Source: the human T2T-CHM13v2.0 reference genome, Homo sapiens. Taken from it: 64,000 nt of DNA. How positions within the stretch are numbered: the stretch's first letter is position 1; every line of letters starts with the position of its first letter. The notes beneath the pieces were generated by a model, which was given only the letters and a program-made list of their open reading frames with translations, did not search any database and had not been told where the DNA came from. The stretch is taken from NCBI RefSeq assembly GCF_009914755.1, contig NC_060932.1. One strand, 5' to 3'. A program made the translations under genes and the position numbers. Below, one piece after another: positions 57,994 through 64,000 of the stretch.

Positions 57994-60900
57994 ATAAGCT
58001 TAGAGATCAAGCAAGGAAAGGTTTTTGTTTTGTTTTGTTTTTATCAGTAGGTCTCTGTATTAGGCAGCCCTCTTCGAGACAGAAAACCCAATTCAAAATT
58101 ATTTAAGAAAAGAAAAATTTCTTGTTTATGTACTGGCAAATTTCACCTAGGGTTTTCTTCGTGATGGCTAGATTGAGAGACTCGAGTGATGTTATTAGGA
58201 TTCTGTTTCTCCCTTCCTATCTTGACTTGACTCAGTTGACTTCTTTTGAAGACAGTCTCTCCCTTGTCCTCAGATATGGAGCAAAATGGTGAGAGGCATT
58301 TCCCTATCACAATGGAAAACTGGCTGCCTCTATTCCAAAAATTATTTAGAAATTTTCAGAATTTAAACTCATTAGCATGGCTTGGAACTTTCTCATCCCT
58401 AACGCAATCCCTGTGACCGGAATAATGATGGTAATACTAAGAGTAAAGGGGAGAGACAGATCCTACTGATTATTAAAAAGTTATAGTCTGATAATGAATG
58501 AGTGTTGTCAGGAATAGAGGTCAAGATGGCTGACGAGAGGCATTTCAAGCACATCTCATCCACTTAGAACAACCAAAATAGTGTGTAGACAATCACACTT
58601 TGAATACATTATCCAAGAGGGACAAAGAAATGCAACAGAAAAGCAACAGGAAACACCAAAAATGAGGAAGGAGAAGGAAAACAGGCAGCCTGCTTGGCCA
58701 AAAACAACTAGGAGTTTTGGGAGTGACTCTCTAATCTGGGGAGAGGGTGAGTGAGAGTCTTTCAGTGGTCCACATTCCCACTGGAGGATTGTGCAGTCCA
58801 GGCCGTGGGAGAGCATCTTGGCCCTCCCAAATCCTAAAACTAAGTTAGGGAACTGCTGGGAGACTATGAGAAGGAACCGCCCTAGGGAGGGAACATACCT
58901 TAGGTCCCACTCCCTTTATGAAACCTAAGCAGCTGTAGCAAGACACCATTTTCTATTGTAAATTTTTAACAGACTGTGCACTGTCCTGTGATCTAATAGT
59001 ACTGGTCCTAGGCATTAGGGAAACTTGGACTACTGCTTACAGAACTGGGCACAAGGGCAGAGTGAACTTCTGCAGCCAGAACTGTGGTGTGGGCAGCAGC
59101 CACCAGATGCTGGGAAGTGGGTCCCACCCCTGAGACTTCAGCAGGATTCCAGATGCCATGGAAGCTTGATCTCTAGCTGGGCAGGGGCTCCTATGGCCAA
59201 GGGCTGAGTTGCGATCTAGCGATGGACTGTGGGGTCTGATGGTTAATCCAGGTCTGTTGCAACAGCCAGGACTGAGGAGCAAGCCCCATCAGGACCAGAA
59301 CATGAGAGAGATTCATATATCCCACATACTGCTCTAGACTGTGGCCACTGGGGATGGCCCCACTTTCCCCTTGCTAGGACTTCAGTGTAGCAACTGTCAC
59401 CCCTCACCTGAGCTTTCTGCCAAGTACCTGATGATCGTCCTTCCCTTGTCTGTTATCGCTGGTACAGGCAATCACCATTGGGAGGTCTGAGCACAAGCCT
59501 ACCCAGGCTGGCTCCATCTGGCTTTGCTCCCACTAGGAGACAAAGCACAAAATCCAGGGTCCTGAGCATTCCACAACTGAAACAGAAACGCTGACACTAA
59601 ATAATGCATTGACAGAAATACAAAATACATTAGAAAGCTTCCACAATAGACTAGATCAAGTGAAAGAAATAATTTTAGAAGTTGAAGACAGGTTTTTTGA
59701 AATAACCTAGTTACACAAAAATAAAGAAAAATGAATAAAAAGAATGAACAGAGACTTTGAGGCATCTGAAACAACATAGAATGACTGAATTTATGAAGTA
59801 TCACTATCCCAACCTGAAGAAAGATAAAAAATTTAGAAAAGCAATTTAATAAATGATAGATAAAACCTTACCAAGTCTAGAAAGAGATTTAGATATCCAG
59901 GAACTGTGCAAAAAGGACTTTACCATAGCATTTTAAAATTAGACTGTCTAAAGTTAAAATGAAAGAGTTAACTCTAAAAACAGCAAAAGAAAAGCAGCTA
60001 GTATCTACAAAGGAAACTCCATCATTCTCAGCAGAAACCCTATAGGCCAGAAGAGAATGGGATGATATATTAAACATACTGAAAGAAAATACTGGCAGTA
60101 AGGAATATGATATCCAGTGAGATTAACCTTCATAAGTGAAGGAGAAATAAAGTCCCAAATAAGCAAATGCTGAGGAAATTAGTCACCACTAGAGCATCTC
60201 TAAAGAAATGCTCAAAGTAGTCCTAAGCTTGGAATCAAAAGGACATTTATCATCATGTAAACACATGAAAGTATAAAACTCACTGGTAAAACAATCACAC
60301 AAAGAAGGAAAAGAAAGTCATCAAATGGCACCACTACAGAATTTGAAACCACAATTACAAACTGTAAGAGAAAAAGAAATAATTTATAAGACAAATAGAA
60401 AATGATTAACAATATGAAAGGAACAAAACCTCTCATAGTAATAATAGCCTTGCACATAAACGGATTAAGTGCTCCACTTAAAATATATAAATTGGCTGAA
60501 CAAAATTAAAAAAAAACATAATTCCACTCTATGCTGCTTACAAAACTCATCTTACCAATAGGGACACTTTTAGACTGAAAGTAAAGGGGTGAAAAATATA
60601 TTTCATGCAAATGGAGACCAAAAGTGAGCAGGACAAGCTTATATCAGATAAAACAGACTTTAAGTTAAAAAAAAAAAAAGACAAAGAGGGTCATTATATA
60701 ATGATAAAAATATCAATTCAGCTAAAGGCTATAACAATTCTAAATATATATGCATCCAACACTGAAGCACTCAGATTCATAAAACAAGTATTACTAGAAC
60801 TGAAGAGAGAGAGAGACATCAATACAAAATAGTATTTCAACACCCCATTTACAGCATGAGACAGTTCATCTAGACAGAAAATTAGCAAAGAAACATTGGT

Positions 60901-61341
60901 TTTAAACTGGGCTTTAGACAAAATGGATCTAACAAACATACACCATTCTACCCAAAAAGTGCATAATATACATTATTTTCATCAGCACATGGAACATTTT
61001 CTAAGACAGACCGTATCTGAAGCCACAAAATAAGTCTCAACAAATGTAAAAAACCAAAACCATATCAAGTATCTTCTCCGATCACAACATGAAAACACTA
61101 AGAATACCCAGAGGAACATTGGAAACTATAGAAATACCTGGAAAGTAAACAACATGCTCCTGAATGACTATTGGACCTACAAAGAGATTTAGATGAATTT
61201 TTTTTTTTAATTGGAAACAAACAGAAATGGAAACACAACAAACAAAACTTCTGGGATACAGCAAAAACAGTGCTAAGAAAGAAGTTTATAACATTAAATG
61301 CCTACATCAAAAATGTAGAAAGATTAAAAACTAACCATCTA

Positions 61342-61407
61342 TATACCTATATAACAAACCAGCACATTTTGCACATGTATCCCAGAACTTAAAGTAAAAT
61401 AAAAATA
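61342..61407 (+). mobile_element. 66-bp L1PA extreme 3' fragment nested in L1
   Basis: tatacctatataacaaacc...gcacatgtatcccagaacttaaagta + A tail; TSD aaaaactaaccatcta at 61326 and 61408. Confidence 0.88.
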
Positions 61408-62710
61408 AAAAACTAACCATCTAATGATGCACCTCAAGGAACAAACCAAACCCAAAATTAGCAGAAGTGAAATAATGATCAGAACAGAACTAGATAGAGG
61501 CAACAACAACAAAAACAGTACAAGGGATCAACAAAAAGAAAAGTTGGTTCTTCAAAAAATAAACAAAATAGATAAACTGCTAGCTAAACTAACCAAGTAA
61601 AGAAGAGAACAGATCAAAGTAAACAAAATCAGAAATGAAAAAAGAGATGTTACAACTCCTACCACAGAAACACAAAAGATCTTATGAACAACTCTATGCT
61701 CACAAACCAGAAAACCTAGAGGATAAACTCTTGGAAGCATACTACCTCCCAAGATTGAATCAGGAAGAAATAGAAAACCTGAACATATCAATAATGAACA
61801 GAGAGATTTAATCAGTAATAAAAAATCTCTCAACATAGAAAATCTCAGGATCAGATAGATTTACAGCCAAATTCTACCAAATGTACAAAGAAGAAGTAAT
61901 ACCAGTCCTCCTAAAACTTTTCCAGAATGTCCAGGAGGAGGAAACTTTTCCTAACTTGTGCTATGATGCCAGTATCACCCTGATACCTAAACCAGACAAG
62001 AACACAAGAAGAAAAGAAACTATTTTATCTCTGATGACCATAGATGTAAAAATCCTCAACAAAATAGCAATCCTGTCAACAGCACATCAAAAAAAAACAT
62101 ATACTATGGTCAATGAGGTTTTATACCAGGGAAGCAAGGATGGTTTAACACACATAAGTCAATAAATGTGATACTTCACATAAACAGAATCAAGGACAAT
62201 AACCATATGATCATGTCAATAGATTCAGAAAAATAATTTGATAAAATTCAACATCTCCTCGTGATAAAAACCCTTAGCAAACTAGGCATAGAAGAAACAT
62301 ATCTCAAAATAATACAGGTAATGTAAAACAACCCCACCACTAACATCATACTGATTGGGGAAAAGTTGAACACATTTTCTCTATGGACTGAAAAAAGACA
62401 AAGATGGTCGCTTTCACCACTCCTATTCAACATAGTGCTAAAAGTCCTAGCCAGAGCAATCACGTAAGAGAAAGAAATAAATGGCATCCAAATTGTAAAA
62501 GGGGAAGTCAAATTCTTCTTCTTTGTTGATGATATGATCTTATATCTAGAAAAACCTAAAGTCTTCACCAGATAACTCTTTGGTTTGCAAAATGAATTCA
62601 GTAAAGTTGCAGAATACAAAATCAATGTACAAAAATCAGTAGTGTGTATATATACCAGTAACAACCTAGCTAGAAAGAAATCAAGAAGGCAATCACATTT
62701 ATAATATCTA

Positions 62711-63147
<437 letters not shown>

Positions 63148-64000
63148 AAATAACCATACTGCCCTACAGATTAAATGCAATCCCTATCAAAATACCAATG
63201 TCATTTTTCAAAGAATTAGAAAAAAATTCTGAAATTCATATGGAACCAAAAAAGAGCTTGATCAGCCAAAGCAATCCTGAACAAAAAGAACACAGCTGGA
63301 GGCCTCACATTACTTGACTTTAAATTATATTACAAGGCTAAAGTAACAAAAAAGCATGGTACTGTTATAAACATAGACATATAGATCAATGGAACACAAT
63401 AGAAAACTCAGAAATCAAGCCACATATTTACAGCCAACTGATCTTCGACAAAGCTGATAATAACATATACTGGGGAAAGGAAATCTTCTTCAATAAATTA
63501 TGCTGGGAAATTTGAATAGCTATATGCAGATGAATGAAACTAGACCCCTATCTCTCACCGTATGCAAAAATCAACGCAAGATGAATTAAAGACTTAAATG
63601 TAAAACCTGAAACTATATGTATGAGAAGAAAACCTAGGGAAAAGCCTTGTAGACTATGGGCTAGGCAAAGCATTTATGACTAAGACTTCAAAAGCATAGG
63701 CAACAGAAAAAAAAATAGTCAAATGGGGCTACATTAAACTAAAAGCTGCTGCACCACAAAAGAAATAATAGAGTGAGGAGACAACTTGCTGAATAGGAGA
63801 AAGTATTTGCAAACTATTTGTCTAACAGGGAACTAATATCCAGAATATAAAAGAACTTAAACAATTCAACAGCAGCAACAACAAATCATAATAATAATCC
63901 CATTAAAAATCGGGCAAAGGACACGAATAGACTCTTTCCAAAAGAAGACCTACAAATGGTCAACAGGCATATGAAATATGCTCAGCATCCCTAATCATCA

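Overview
Human or great-ape genomic DNA, rich in Alu, L1, SVA and LTR12 elements. I recognise it from memory as the HAS2 (hyaluronan synthase 2) / HAS2-AS1 locus. The minus strand carries the non-coding HAS2 exon 1 (~11088-11670, ending ...GAGCTGAACAAG|GTACGT), with intron 1 running off the left edge. The ATG-containing exon 2 is not in the window, so no conventional protein CDS is present. The antisense lncRNA HAS2-AS1 starts in a CpG island near 9.5 kb, and its exon 2 (long and short forms) overlaps HAS2 exon 1. The remaining ~50 kb upstream of HAS2 is mostly transposon-derived. The most notable items are: an intact solo LTR12C pointing toward HAS2 (candidate cryptic promoter); an SVA fused by microhomology to an Alu head, with an apparent target-site deletion; a 41-bp x9 minisatellite grown from an L1 3' end; a ~130-bp templated copy of local DNA inserted into an MLT1 LTR; two uORFs in the HAS2 leader; and an A-tract of the HAS2 5'UTR that doubles as the antisense polypyrimidine tract. 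I cannot support a wholly new biological system; the findings are testable regulatory and evolutionary hypotheses. Repeat subfamily names and boundaries were assigned by eye and are approximate.
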